NCBI RefSeq assembly: GCF_964204645.1
Contig: NC_134028.1
Location: 3,534,001-3,598,000, forward strand
Direction: 5' to 3'
DNA from: Tubulanus polymorphus
Taxonomy: Eukaryota > Animalia > Nemertea
Length of the DNA: 64,000 nucleotides
Shown: positions 42,969 to 57,900 of the stretch, one piece after another
How the letters are laid out: each line of letters opens with the position of its first letter
How positions within the stretch are numbered: the first letter of the stretch is position 1
Program-made: the position numbers and the translations under genes
Notes under the pieces: model-generated
The model's database searches: none
What the model was told of the DNA's origin: nothing
What the model saw: only the letters and a program-made list of their open reading frames with translations

Positions 42969-45900
42969 ATGAGTCTTGAGGTTCAACCGTACCTGACCGA
43001 CTCGGGCGGCGGCGGTAATTTCACCGAGGACGCGCCGCGCCCGCCGGTGCCGGGCGAGGAGAACGACAGCACGTGTAACTCGGGCAACTCGACTCGCAGT
43101 TACGGCTCGCTGAAAAGTCGCGGGTCCAGTCGCGGTTCGACGAAACAAAAGGAGATAATTCACTCGCCGGCGGCGACTCCGCGCCAGTCGAATCTGAAAG
43201 GATGTACGCACGGAGCTTACGGGGACGACGAGGCGCCGTTAGGCTTCGAACCGGAGGGTAGCGTTTCCAATTCGCCGCCGTTCACGGAAAGCAGCACGCC
43301 GAGCTATCTGAAATGGGCCGAGAATATGAATTTCCTGCTCGAGGATAGCGAAGGCGTGAAACTGTTCAAGGAGTTTCTCGCTCAGGACAGCTGCGCGACG
43401 CCGCTCGACTTCTGGTTTGCGTGTCAGGGATTTAAGAACAACGTGCCCGCGTCGGACGCTCAGAAGATCTATCAGCTAATCAAAATCATCTACAAAAACT
43501 ACATCAAAGGCGACGGCGGGATTAATATACAACCGGAAACAAAACGCGTCATCGTCGAGAAAGTGACGAAAAAAGATCACCTCGATCAGACGATATTCGA
43601 CGACGCGCAGGTCGAGGTCGAGACGACCATGCGTAATTCGTTGTATCCGTCGTTTTTGAAATCGGATAATTACGTGCAATACGTTCAGACGGGCGGCGAG
43701 AGTCCGAAGACTAGTACGACGAATAGTTCGAACAGCGGGTCGAATTCGGCGCGGCCGACGTCCGGAATATTGCCGACCGTTCACGAGGATTCCGAGTTAC
43801 AACACGAGGATATCACGGCGTCGAAAGTGACGGCGCCGTTGACCAGTCGGACGTTACACGCTACGCGGTTCATGAGAGCCGAACTGAGTCCGCGTAAACC
43901 GGATGTACTGTTACCCGGGTGAGTATCGTTATCGTCAGGAACTCGGCTGAGAATCAGCGTCGTTTATATCCCTAAACCCTACCAAACTTAAACCCTAACA
44001 AAACTTACAGCTGACTGAGGGATTTCTTGGGTCCCTCGCCTGACAATTTTCTAGTTTTAACCCTTTCAGTGCTGATTAATCAATACCCTATCGTGCTGGA
44101 GATAATTAGAAAATTTTGAAAAATTTCACCCTAGTGTGTTGAATAATGGGTGTACCACTATAGTACGTCTACACCGTGGTGCGGTGTATCGTTAGTTACT
44201 AATATTTCACTGTTTGACAGGCACTGCTGTCTTTCAATAGATAAAAACTAATTACTATTTACACCAATACACCGCAGTGCGGTGTACTAGCAAAATCCAT
44301 CACCGATTCATACACAGTGTAGATGCACTGAAAGGGTTATTAACTTCTTAACTTAAGAGATAATGAAGAAGGTAAGAATTGTAAGTCGCCAGTACCCTCC
44401 CTTATGAAAATGTTGATCTTAAAGATCAGGTGATACTCTTCGGTTTCTCGAGTGAAGTTCAGTTTTTCTCAGATATGAATTAACAATATACGAGGAGGTC
44501 TCTGAAACGGCAGTTATACGCGATTAATATTACCCTCCGATCTCCGATTACCCTCTGATTGTGAGAGGTTGTCACACGGGTTTCACATTCGCTCGGCGGA
44601 GATCGCAGCCATATTTCATGTTTATTCTTTGAAATGAACACGGACACCAGAGGATCGGGTTCTGTTTGTTTTGAATCCTATCTTACCCCTCATCTCAGCG
44701 AATAGGAGATGCAGTTTTATCGGGTTTTTTCGTCGTTGCCCACATGCCGCTGAAGAAACCTAGGCCCCATGAGAATGATTATCATTCGAACAGCAGCTGA
44801 ATTGTCAGTAGAAGTGTGGCTTCCTTTTGTCACACGCAGGATGGTGAGTCAACTTTTATGGTCAGTGGAAGGAGAGGGTATTATATAGAGTTCGTCCGGT
44901 GCAGCTAGACATTCAGATCCTTAGTTCTCTCATATTTATTGGGTCCAATAAACATATGAAGCAAACTTAGCTCGAATATTAGGATATATTGTTTTATGAC
45001 CGTTTAGTTTGAAAACCTTATCTCGTTGCTACGTATCATAAAACAAATTGAATGCATTATATATTTGCGCTGCAAACCGGTGTAAAGCATCGTTAGTATG
45101 AACGGTATATTTTAATTGAAATGTTTCTCTCTGTAATAAATTAATTATTCCTCAATTCGCGATTATAACCTTAAGGATTTAGATGCTACGTATTGTTCCC
45201 TTTGAAGTCCCCGCATAATTGCCATCATCGCCATCATAGATGATGCATTGTGTGTATTTGATCTCTAGTTCTAGCGGTGCAGCCCAGCGATTTGCGTCTC
45301 TATAAAGTTTATCAGGGGATAGATCTGGGTCGAGGCAGTCCAGGTTTTCTGGGTTTATTCCCAGAACTGCTGTAACGCAGCACTATGTAATATAGTAAGT
45401 TCAGTGTTCTCACACTGTTCGGTGGATGCAGGTGAACCTGCAGCAGCACTTTATAGTATCTAGTGTATATAGGAAGCAGCAGCAGCAGCAGCAGCCACTG
45501 GTTTTATTATTGCCTCTCCCCTATCTGAGACAAGGCCAACCGACCTACATGATAATATCAAGCTTGTTACGTAGGGATTCGGTTGGGTGAAGCGAAGGGG
45601 AGCAGTTTTAGTTTTAGTCATTCGGCGTTAGTTTATGGTTTAGAAGATGTTTATACGCGCCGCGGATGAAGAAGTCCGTGGCAGTCAGCGGTAACTGTAT
45701 CCAGTATCCGTGGCAGTCAGCGGTAACGGTACTCGGTATCCGTGGCAGTCAGTGGTAACGGTACTCGGTATCCGTGGCAGTCAGCGGTAACGGTACTCGG
45801 TATCCGTGGCAGTCAGTGGTAGCGGTACTCAGTATCGGTGGCAGTCAGCGGTAACGGTAGTTGGTATCCGTGGCAGTCAGCGGTAACGGTACTCGGTATC

Positions 45901-48900
45901 CGTGGCAGTCAGCGGTAACGGTACTCGGTATCCGTGGCAGTCAGCGGTAACGGTACTCGGTATCCGTGGCAGTCAGTGGTAACGGTACTCGGTATCCGTG
46001 GCATTCAGCGGTAACGGTACTCGGTATCCGTGGCAGTCAGCGGTAACGGTACTCGGTATCCAGTTCGCGATACCATTAGAGATCAAAAAGTTTGCGGCGG
46101 TTCTGAAGACATGAAGTTGTAATATGAAATTGAGTCTCTCTGATTTTAGTTGATCACCGTCCGTCGTAATGCGGTAAAACTGTTGTTTAAAAGAAACAAT
46201 CGATGCGAACGAATGTTCGTAGAATCTTTACCCGCACGAGATTAAAGGATGATTCGATGGGTACCTTGAAATCTAAATACGGATCACCAATTAAGGTGCT
46301 GGGGACGAATGACAAGTTAAACATTGACCGGTTGATGTAGAAATGCTGCCTCCACGTTTTGATAACCGACCTGGTTTAAGTTCTTATAGGTCAATCAGTG
46401 ACAGGGTTCTTTCATAATCATGTGATGCCAGTTCATTTTCCCTGAAAATCGGGGAATTTCGACTCTTTTCGTGAAAATCAGGGAATTTGAATTTTTTTGG
46501 TGTCTGGTTTTTCTCGCTGGTGACAAGTGGCGCAAAGATTGAACCTCGTTAGAAGTAACAGCCTCTTATATCTCATGATTTAATGGGAGAATATTTGGTC
46601 CGGGGTCCGGGGAAATAGACTTTAAGATTTTGTGACCTCTACGAACCTTGGGTGTGGGTGATTTTGTTTTTAAAAACGAAATTCAAGATATTTACTGCCA
46701 CTACATTCAACTAGTGGCATCGATCTCTAATATTAGTGGTATGAAAATGAATCGTCTCGGAGGCTAAGATTATCGTGATCTGCGTTTGCTTTCGCGTGTG
46801 TGCACACCGGCGCGGTTTTATGTTGTTCCTGCGAAATCCGTGTGCGCTTTTATCTATTGTGTTTGCGCATAAAAGGAGAAACATCCTTCGGGCGAAAAAG
46901 CTCGCCGCTAAAGAACGGGCTGAATTATGCGCGGGTACGGCCTTTCTTTACGCGGCACAAGAGATATATCGACTCAAATGGGTCAGACGACGCATAGCGC
47001 GCAAACTAGAATAATCGTCGTGTATTAAATGCTAGAAAAAAATTGCAGGGTCGCGGTAATAAAAAACACTGGCGGGGTCGCGGGTCGCGCTCGGTCGTTT
47101 TGTGCGCTGTTTGAATGCATTAATTTTCTCGCGGCTCGATAAATCATTATAAATCGATTTACCGTTTCAATTGTATATCATTAGAATGAGGTTTTCACTT
47201 CGACGATCGAATATAATTCCGAATTCGCCGACAAATCAATCGTTGACTTTTCAACGTAGAACTGTTTTGTATACGGGTTTTTAGATCGCGATATATTTGC
47301 AGACTGAACTGAGAAACTAGATACCTCAGCCCCGGGGGCCCGCGGTTCTTACAATGGAATCTTTGGTTGATTTTTCCCTGCATGGAGAATCAGGAATTCC
47401 TGACTTCTTTGACAAAGTTCACAGAATTTGAATTTTGTGTGTCTTGTTGTTCTTGCTGGTAATGATCGGCAGGAACCTATTCATAAGAAACCGTCCTCAC
47501 CGAGGATAATCAATGAATTTTGGATTCCATCATCTGTAAGAACCTTGCAACCCATATTATTTATGTCCCTATTCCATTGCAGTTAACAGTTCATCGGCCC
47601 CTTAATCACGTACTAATAATCATAATGATATAATTGAATGATGATTCTGTATATTTCAGGACGTATGGCAGTGGGTCAGGGCGGGTACCCAATCCTTATC
47701 ACGTGTCGTACGCTCCAGTTTCTGCTCAGGACAGCGAACTACAGAGTCTATCCAGTGATGCCCTCACCGATGAAACCATGTCACTGACGGATAGTAGTGT
47801 GTAAGTATGATAACTTTCAAAACAAGAAACGTTCCTCTGTTAAGAATACAGTCAACCTTACATACCGCCCACGACAGTACACGATTACATACGAGTCCTT
47901 GAATTCGAGTCGAAAAAGTCCACGAAAGTCATTAAATGAGAGAACCTGATCATGGACACCATGAACCCGGTTCTAAGACAATATATAATAGGGAGGCTGC
48001 ATTCTCAGCGGACAAACATGACATTAGTTTGGTATGATGGTTTGTCAGGGGTAGAATATTCACCGGACTGTTTTTCTCAGTTGTTATCTGTGTCTGTATT
48101 TCTGGTATTAAGATGAATAAATGCGGCTACATGTATTTGATCGTATTGTACGTGAGGCGTGTGCGATCTGTCGGAGGAAGTGTCGTGTGATCCGTCGGAG
48201 GACGTGGCGTCTCTTTCTTCAATCCGAGAAGCTGGAGTAATATGCCGTGATTCTGTAAGATGGCAGATATGTGTCTCCGGTGCTGATGTCGTCAACTCGG
48301 TAGAGATGTCGCTAGTGATTTGAGATCGACCAGCATCAGCAGCCTACATTCAATGACAGCTGAGGACAATAAAGGAACATCTTAGTATTGATGATTAGTC
48401 AGACAGAGGGTCTGGGATTCTCCTTTTATTTTCTGATAAACTAAGCCTGCTCGATGTATTTTTAGAGGCATCTCAATCGCGCTGAAATTTTTGGTCCAGA
48501 TTTTTCCAGACACTTAGGTGGATTGCGTGCTCCATTTTTCCCCCCTACTAGACGAGAATGACAGATTCCGACCTTACCTAGAGAAATATCGCATTGCTCC
48601 ATTAGCCACACATTGTAAAGGCGTAGTTGATCACTGTTTAAATGTATTGTTATAGACTTATTGAAATCAATTTTTTCCCCGCAGCTAATAATTCGGTAAC
48701 AGTACGGTTCACTCATCGCGGGCCTAATTTCATGTTTAATTACAGCCTCAATTCTCGACTTAGTGTCGAATTTCATTTCTCTCATACATAAAAGGACGTG
48801 GTTATTATGCACGCGATTTATCACAGACCGGGCTTAATCAGTTCGCTGTTTGAAGTTTGTGTCATCATCTTTTGATGGTTATTAAACGACTGCAGGGCTC

Positions 48901-51900
48901 GAAGCGTAGTTTCCTCTCGTGCGACGGAGTAGATAGCGGCTAGTAGCGCCACCTGTTGATCGTCGTCGGGGCGTCGTACTTTTGACGTTTATTTTCGAGG
49001 GGTCTCTCGACAACTTTCAAACGATCGTAGTTGTTTTAAGATGTTTTCTCTCGTTTTGAACGCGCGCGTCTTTGAAGTTCTCACGGAGATCTGACGACGT
49101 TCCGAGGAAGCCGGCGATTGAACGCAGCGCGTAAACGTTCGTCGTCGTCGTCGTCTGAGCGTTTGTGTCATCTCGAAAAACGGTTTTTAAGCATCTTTTT
49201 GAAGTGGATGCCGTGTTAGAATGTTAAAGCCAGATTAAAATCAATTAGCATGGTAAGATAGCTTTAATTATACACATTACGGCTTTGATGTTTCGTAAGC
49301 CGACTGATGACGGAAACTGCGTGGTCGCGATTTCAAAAGCACTTTAACGTCGTCGGTTGTTTCGAACGAGCCGCGTCTGAATACGTTGAAACCCGGCGAC
49401 GTGGAAGGGTTTTTTGTTCTTTCATCGAACGCTACGTACAAATCCGTTTGAAGATAACAATCGTACGACGGCTAATGGCTGTCTGAGTACATACACTCAT
49501 CAATCTAATAACCAATGCTGATAGATTCAATCGTTTTACCCCTTCCTTAAAATGCAGTGGTTCTTCTCTCGTAAAAGTTCCTTAAAAATGACATTTCTTC
49601 CCTGTGATAGATCCACTCCCGGCTACCTTTACTATTCGAGGATAGTTTCATTCTCTTTTTTTTAAGAACTACTACTAGAATTTTTTCGAATTCTTTAAAA
49701 ATCTTTCATGAATTACTACTAGAAATCTCAAATTCTGAATGATTCCTGGTTCATTTTCGGTTTGATCACTTATTTTTGATGTCTGATTGCGTCATTGGTG
49801 CTGAAAACAGCTACAAACGGAGTCAATGAGGAAGTCACATCAATGAGATAGTCAGTTTACATTGTGATGATTTTTAAACCACGTCTTTGAATTAATTCTC
49901 TAGATATTTTTATTGTCTTGGATGTTTTTTACGTTTTGAATTCTGAAACTTTGTAATTGAGTTTAAGTCAGGTAAAATTAATAGTCGAAATATGACAGGC
50001 AGGCAAGCAGGCATGTATATGAACCATAGGCAATTAGTTTACCGTGTGCACATTATGGCCGCCTATATTTTAGTACAGGTCATCAAGTATAATATTTCAC
50101 CCTATTAAATGCGGCGTAGTGTCAGGCAAACAAAGCTGTGCGGATGTGTGCCCCGTGAGAGCATGAATCTATAGTAAGGGTTATTGTGTACGGTTGTTTT
50201 GGTGCGTTGAATGGAGCCGCGTTATTGAATAGCGGCGCGCGGAGATCAAAGTTTCTTCCGCGCCCTTTCACCGGGCCTGTGTATTATACGCGGTGCGGCG
50301 CGGATCGGGGCATTTCAAGCCATTTTCTACGTGTAGCGTATGTAACGCATATAATTGCGGGTAACACGAGTTGAGGGTTTTAATGAGATCGCTTTGACAT
50401 ATAAAATGCAAATCTCTTTCAATACTTTTTCCAGCAAAATATATGTACGACCGAGGGCAGCGTTTGTGATGATTCGGAAAAGAGCTAACTGATAGTAAGA
50501 ATTTTTGGATAGCTCGATTACCCGACGGTTTGATCATGAAGGAAAATGCCAGGAACTTGTCTTTGTAATCAGATGCTGGGTTGACTTTCAAAAGTGCGGA
50601 AAAGTGTTGACTTTTAAACTGCTGTCTGACTGCTACGAACTTTTAAACCTTCGGGTTGGATAAGACGGGAGGCCACTTACTAGGAAATCTGGGTGAAGTC
50701 AGGGAATTTTTTTCTCTTAAAAAATTCAGGGGATAGTCCCTGAATTTTGTAAAAAGCTTAAAAAATTGGGGAAATTTGTTGAGATTGCTAGATCTATGTC
50801 TAGCGTATTGTGACTGTTTTAATTGATGGGATTCTTACTGGATCAAGTCGGGGAGAACAACTAGCATATCAGGGAAAAAGCAAGTCAAAATGAGAATAGC
50901 CGCCCTGTTAGAGAGAAAATAGTTTTTGAAGGGCATCAAGATGTCTATATTCTGCGAGAATATTGAATGAATGTTTGATCTTCAGAAACTGTAAAAGCGT
51001 TCGGGAAAGTGAAGGTTTTTTATCGACGGAGGAAGATTTGGAGGAAGACTCGTCACGTTGTGAGTGAGAGAGAGAGATCAGTGTCAATTCATTAGACTAT
51101 AACGAGCTAGATTAGTGATACGCTTTACTAAAGAACGAGCGCTTGTGTACACGGAACCCCCATCAATATCGTTCAAAGAAGCGCTAAGAACATCAAAGCG
51201 AAAATTGTAATTCATATCCTTTCGATAATTTCTCGTAGTGAACACGCCACGCTTTGTGAAACAAGGCAGCGGCGGCGGCAGTAACGGTGCTCGTTTGATA
51301 ATGATAATACAGCAATTCGGCGATCATGTCAATTTCACTGTTTCCGTGAAGTCGCGTACACAACAACAACAGAGAGAAACACGGGGACCGTCGTCGTCGG
51401 CGCTGTGAACAGTTTCTTCAATGAGCGTCGGTTGTGCGATGTCGGCTCCGACGCAGGCACAGACGCTACAAAGAGAATATGAAAGCAACTCGTGTGCTTT
51501 GTTGTCACAAGTCTTTGATTAGGATAAACTGCTTTCATCTTCCTTTATCTTTGCCAATTGAATCCCTGACGCATTTCGATGAGAGCGCGCCGCGAAATTA
51601 GCCATCTTCTCTTTTCTCTCTCTCTCTCTTTCTTGCAGTTATGCCGAAGTTGAAAGTTGTAAATATACGCGCCGTTCGCCATCCTGGCATTCAAAGTCTT
51701 TGCCGCGTCTTCGCCCGTGTCTTTGATATGTGGAACTGGCTCTATATTTGCCGTGTGGCGGTACAAGACCCTATTAACGTATTAAGTCTTTGAGTTGAAA
51801 GAACCGGGTACTAACGACGGGTATTTCGCCGAAGGGCGGATTATTGTTCTTTCTACTCGCGACGATCGTGTCCAATAACTTTTTGTCGACGTCGGGGGGG

Positions 51901-54900
51901 TAGATCCCGCCGGAGACTTCTCCCGAGACTTCCACGAATAGATGGAATGCGTTCTATAGAAAATGTCCGATATATCCGACAGGTGAAACGGTGGTATATC
52001 CGACGGGTGAAACGGTGGTTTCGCTATTTCGAAGGAACTATGTTGTCGGGATCGAGCGGCCTATTTCTGTTATGATAAAGTATGTTGGTCAGTTGGTCAT
52101 ATACAGCTGTGTATATGAATGATCAATGGGAATTCCTCTCGTTCAATCTCCCATCCTATCTACGTGTACCGAGGCGAGCTGGATGGTATTATCAATCGTT
52201 ATCTGTAAGAATGCGCGGAGTCCAAGGTTGTTTGCTTTCGGGTTCTGTTGCCGACCGTGAAGAGATTCCGATAAATAGAATATAGACATAACCCGCGCTG
52301 GTAGAGTTCAACAGTACCTATTCCACGATTGAGAGCCAGTTAGTATTACTCTTTCCTCGCGAGTCAAATGTACGAAAAACCGTCTGAGAGAAGGATTTAG
52401 AAATGGTCAAGTAGAAGAACCGCTGTTCGAGAGCGGTTCAGACATCGAACCCCGGGTTTGGTTCTGAATTCACGTCTAGCCGTAGCTAAAAGGTTGCGGG
52501 AGAAAAACAAAGCGTATAGAATTTCTTGTTTATAAATCCGAGTCAAAACAGTCGAGAACAACCGGCGTCTTAATGAAAAAAACGATAAGAAGTTTTAGGA
52601 TTATGTGAAGGGTTTAGTACTGTGTATATAGCGGGGACATGAAACGATGCAATGACAGTAGGGGTCCTGGTAGATAAACGGTATAGGGTTCTATAACCCG
52701 ATGACAGTAGGGGTGCTACTAGATTAACGGTATAGGGTTCTATAACCGAGCTGATATGTCAATGTACAGTTGATAGCGGTACCCTTTGATTGTTGCTCGG
52801 GGTTTGATCTGTACCAGCTGTACAGCGAGAGATGCACGCTGCTGCTGCTGCTGCTGCTGCTATTGCTGCAGCAATTTGCGTGGTGTTGTTGATGATGTTG
52901 CACGGATCCACTGCTGCTATGTTCACGTGTTTAAAACGGCGGCCAGGTTGATGATGAAGGTAGAGATAGCGCGGCAGTCGGATAGATCAAATCAGTATTG
53001 AAATCTTAATACGTCCCAAAAATAGCTCAATTTCAGAGAATTCAAGAATTAAAGCGCACACATGAATAAGATTCAGAGAAACAAGCATTTTCTTTAGATT
53101 TTAGCTCATGCGCTCTGATGTCGTCCCTTTTAGAACTATTTCTCATATAGGTAAGCGCCTCAGGTCGTAGTATAATGAATAATAGCTTCGAATTGAACGC
53201 TACTTAAAAGTTGTATGTCTACGGAAACTAGTTTACAACTTATAGTACCACAATTGAACACACGATGGAGCCACTGTACAGCGTACGATGGCTCCTGGCT
53301 ATACGGTTGTTTAATGTTTACTCAAATAATTTATGACGTTGATTTAACTTAAAAATCAGTTTCACGTTCGCTAATCCTGTTTTTCGTTGAGTTGATGAAT
53401 ATTTAAAATTTGTGGCTTGGAAAATCTTTTGAGAAATTCGAGCATGTTTAATAGCGAGCAATGAACATGACTTCTGACCAGATTATTGAATTAGTTTAGT
53501 CGGATTTTTTTATGACATTCGACTTCAATAGATTTGGTAGTGATTTATAGTAATCAGTTAAGCATGAATGATTGGTTTGAAAGCTGGAGTCACAGTAAAT
53601 ATTTCCAATTCGGCTTTTTCTATCATCAGCAAGCTGACGTGACGTCATCAAAATGAGTTCATTATCTATCAACTTTGCATTAGGTTTTTAGGATTGTGAA
53701 TCCGTACATTATCACCGGACCCTTCAAATATTACTTCATGTGTATTCTACTCAGTGATTACTTTAGTTTTCATGATTCATACTAGAAAAGTTCATTCGAT
53801 TTCGACTAAAATGTTGAAGAATTTGAAGTGTGCAAGACTTTTGAGTAACTATTAGCCATGCCTGGTGGATCCTCACTTGCCATTGAGTGGAGTCCTTGAT
53901 TGCCACAGTAGCAGGTTTCCCCACCCAACCCCTTTCGATTTATGTCTTATTAAAATCAGGAAAAAGTCAAAGAAATTTGTTGAGATTGCCACATTGAGTG
54001 TAAAATCAAGCAGTTTCTGTCTATGCCTTAAGTATCTTAAGTATTTTAAGTTTTTACAAAGCAGATAAAGTCAGGGAAAACAATGTACATGTCGGGGAAT
54101 AGAGGGGGGAGCATGTCAAATTAAAGTGGTCACCCTGATCATTAACACGTGGAACTGTGATATCACAGGTGCGTCTGCTGGATGGGTCATCTGCACAGTC
54201 GGTCCGGTCCGTCTGCTCGGTCTGTCTGCTTGGTCTGTCTGCTCAGTCAGCCCGGTCCATCTGTTTGGTCAGTCGGGTTCGTCTGCTCAGTCGGTCCGTC
54301 CAGTCTGTCTTCTCAGTCAGTCCGTCCAGTCCGTCTGCTCGGGCCGTGTGCTCAGTCTATCTGTCTGCTAAGTCAGTCCGGTTCGTCTGCTCCGTCCGTC
54401 TGCTCGATCGGTCCGGTCCGTCTGCTCTGTCGAAGTCGATCGATAGTTAATGCGACCGACGTCGTTTACAAAATCATTGATAATTCGTCGCACGCTTTGA
54501 TGTGCCGCGTATCACCTCGACGTCGTCCCTCGTTCCTCTCGCAGCTCGTTGTCAATCGTTTGAAGTTTTAGATCCTCTTTGTCGTATTATTCGTCCCAAG
54601 GGCGAAAGCATTAATACGTGCGTGTGTGTGTGTGTGTGTGTGTGTACACGTTACGTACACAGTACAGGTACACGTGTGTTCTCTCTCTCTCTGTGAGTCT
54701 GCGGGGCCACATCGATGGCGACGACGACGTTTAACGCTGTATTTGCTTCGTCGTTTTCCTCGTCATGAATTTCGAATGTAAAGTTCGCTATTGTCGGCGT
54801 AATAATTCCTAAAGCGACGACGATGTCTTTCTTGTGTAGCCGCGCACATCAAAAATTCTGTTGGATGACGGCGCGCAATCGAGAATTGGCCTCATCAAAG

Positions 54901-57900
54901 CTGGAAAGTTGCCGGTAAAGAGACTAATTTCCTGCAGCGGTAATTTGTTTTAATGAACCGCCCAAAAGTTTGGATTCGGATTAAATTACTGCCTTCGGTT
55001 TTTAGCGAACCCGGTTACTTTGATATATTAAACTCAGTAAACATGTCTTTGTTACTTTGTATTTACATTTTTTGTTTTCGCCTTGATGTTCCGTAAATGA
55101 TGGAAGATCTCAAATTCTCTCATCGCCAGTGGTTATGTGTACTGCTTGCAGCATCCCTTGATTTATTGGATAAACTATTATAGTCTTGTCATTGTAATGA
55201 TTTTAACGTGCTTTTAACAGAAAGTATTAGGTTTCTGAGTTTTATGCGTTTTTGGAAGTGAATATATGGAGAAATCCTTTTACGGTTGTATCATTGTGCA
55301 GCAGAAACAATTGTCTTATCAAACGGTCTTTGTTTCTTCGTCAAAAGGACAAATACTACTTCATAGAAACTGTTTTTACAGTAAGTCTTGTTGTGACGTC
55401 CAGTCAGTTAATTCTTCCATTGAGGGATAAAGAGGAAATGGTGATGAAAAATGATGAAAAGGTCGTTGTTAAGAGATGCTGATTATGATGAAACGATGAT
55501 TTCTAGAATCCGATGAAATTATAGCCGGCGTTAAGCGATGATAAGGATGTACATTATCTACGTGTATCATTGGTGACACTAGCACCAACTCAGCCTGTGA
55601 TTGGTTTATTAATTGTGATGGTGTGTAAGATATATTTGAGCCGAGTTGTCGGTTTGCCAACCTCGTCGTCGAGTATTCTGAGATGGTTTAGGCGTATACG
55701 ACGAGCCCTCGCGATTGTTACGACCCCCTAATGGCCGTCTTCGTCTCTGGCTGGGGCAACATTGATGGCGAATGCAATTACTCCCTGCAGCCTTTAATCT
55801 ATTAAAAGTGTACAGGCTTTGACGGTCTTTGAAGTCTACAGCGCCGCGAGATCAGTAACGACACTACAGAGAGACTGGCGAAACGACGACGACGACGCCG
55901 CGCGATTGGCTGCGACGATCAAAGCGTTTCTAGTGTTGAAAATATTGCTCAAGTGCCGGCGAAAATAATTTTGCATAGTTCATACGTTATCATCGTCGGA
56001 CCGAAGAAGAACAATCGTTCGTAGAGAAAGGAAGAAGAGAGAGAGAGAGTCGTCGTCGTCGTTTGAGAATTGGTAATAAGACTGCGGAGTGTTAGCGTGT
56101 GACGTATGAAGCGTAAGTTTACTTTGAAGTTGCGCGCCGAGAATTGAATACGTTCGGGGACCGATAATTAGTCGACGCCGACGATATTATTAACATCATA
56201 CGCGACTTATATGATCGGATTATCATCAGGATCATACGTGGCCCGTATAGCCGGTATCCGAACCGCCGCCACCGGTGACTACACGCCACAGCGATACCAC
56301 ATGTGTACATGTAGCAGGTAAGGGCTACCATTAACATATCTCGTACTGTGTCGTCCGTTTTTTGTCGTGTTACCCGAATTTCACCGGCGTGAATCTTTCA
56401 CCAACCCGTACCCGCGTCGATAACTAATAGATAAGTATATTCTACTTACCCCGGCGCGTGTTTGGTCGATAGTTTCGGCCGGTTTTCCTCGAGGTGTTCG
56501 ACTGTCTTTCCCTCCATCTTGCCTGCGAGAGTTTGTCACCACCCACTATCATTGGCTATGTGACGTTGCGTGTCGATGGTGCTGGTATGATAATGAGCGC
56601 AAGGCGGTTGATACTAATTTCTTGAAATTTTTACCGGGTTTCTAATATCGTTTTCGACAGTTCGCCGAGTGCGATACGTATATTAGTCACGTGTATAGCT
56701 GCATGTACTGAAATATTCTAGAAACGAAGCCGTACGTTTGACAATCGATGTTTTTGTTTGTTTCTACCGAGGGGCGCGGGCGAAATCGTTTGAAGTCGGG
56801 AATTCTGGGGTTTCTCGTCTCTGACGCGCGCGCGCGCAATTCGCTTAAAGAATGATCCGATGAGCCGGGTAAAAGTCTTCTGCTCTCCGCGTTCAAAGCC
56901 AAACACATCAAAGAACGACTCCATAGTTATTGCCAGTGCGTTGCTTTTAAAGGATAATTTGAGATACACGATTAGGAATTATAAAAAGATCGGATTTTTT
57001 GCCCGAGAACATCGCTTTCAAGATCACAGTGAATTTCGTATTTGCTTTGTATATTCTGTTAGCTTTCATCATGTTTGAGACCGAACGACGTCCAATTAAG
57101 CCGTCCAGCTTTGATTGGTTGTATTAGCCGGCGTAAAACAATAACGGACGACATCAGACGAACCCTCGAAACGGATTCGTCCCGAGGGACGGAGGGTCGG
57201 TCGACGGGAAGGAGGGGTTCCGATGGCGCGCGTTGACGAGCTCGCGAAGTCCTTTGACCGACCGCGACAAAGGGGGGAACGGAAGAGACCGGGGTGATTT
57301 GACAATGGCAACAGTTTCACGGCGCTTAACGTTGAAACGTCGCGCGCGCGTCGATGGTTTCGTCATATACGCGGCTGTGTTAATGATAATTGCGGCTCGA
57401 CATCAAACGACGGTTGAAGATGCGACGTTCGGGCGACGCGCTGTCACAGCTTCGGACGCTCGACGACTTCAAACGCGTCGCTTCAAAGACAATGTCGCAA
57501 CTTTACGCGAATAAAAGCCGGCTTAATAGGCAACAATCGACTGACGCACGAGGGCGCCACTAGTCGCGACGACTATTATTACACCGACTATGATGGTAAT
57601 TATAATACTTCTGGTCACACGCTGATGGCGGGAAGACGGCGCTTAGTCACATCCGTGTGAGGAGGCGACTTTTTTCTATCTTCTTAAGCGTTTCAATTAT
57701 CAGACTGATCTATATCGAGAGGTGAGTGTCGGGTGATGGTTATATATCGCTGCCGCCAGGGTTTTTTTTATTAATCAATTGTGATCGATTTTGAGAATTT
57801 TTCTCTTAACTTGGAAAAAGTTTAAGACTGGCTTTCATCGTGAAGTTCTTTTTGACGTCCACCGCAGAAGTTCAATTGCTTGATGGTGAATTTCGGAAAA

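Noticed and set aside
43968-44000. Telomere-like CCCTAAA repeats
   Set aside because: Only 2-3 degenerate units and not the metazoan TTAGGG.
45676-46061. CRISPR-like array (32-bp repeats)
   Set aside because: No unique spacers, no cas genes, eukaryotic intron: it is a minisatellite.
54126-54571. Ser/Val/Arg-rich ORFs in three frames
   Set aside because: Produced by a stop-poor simple repeat.
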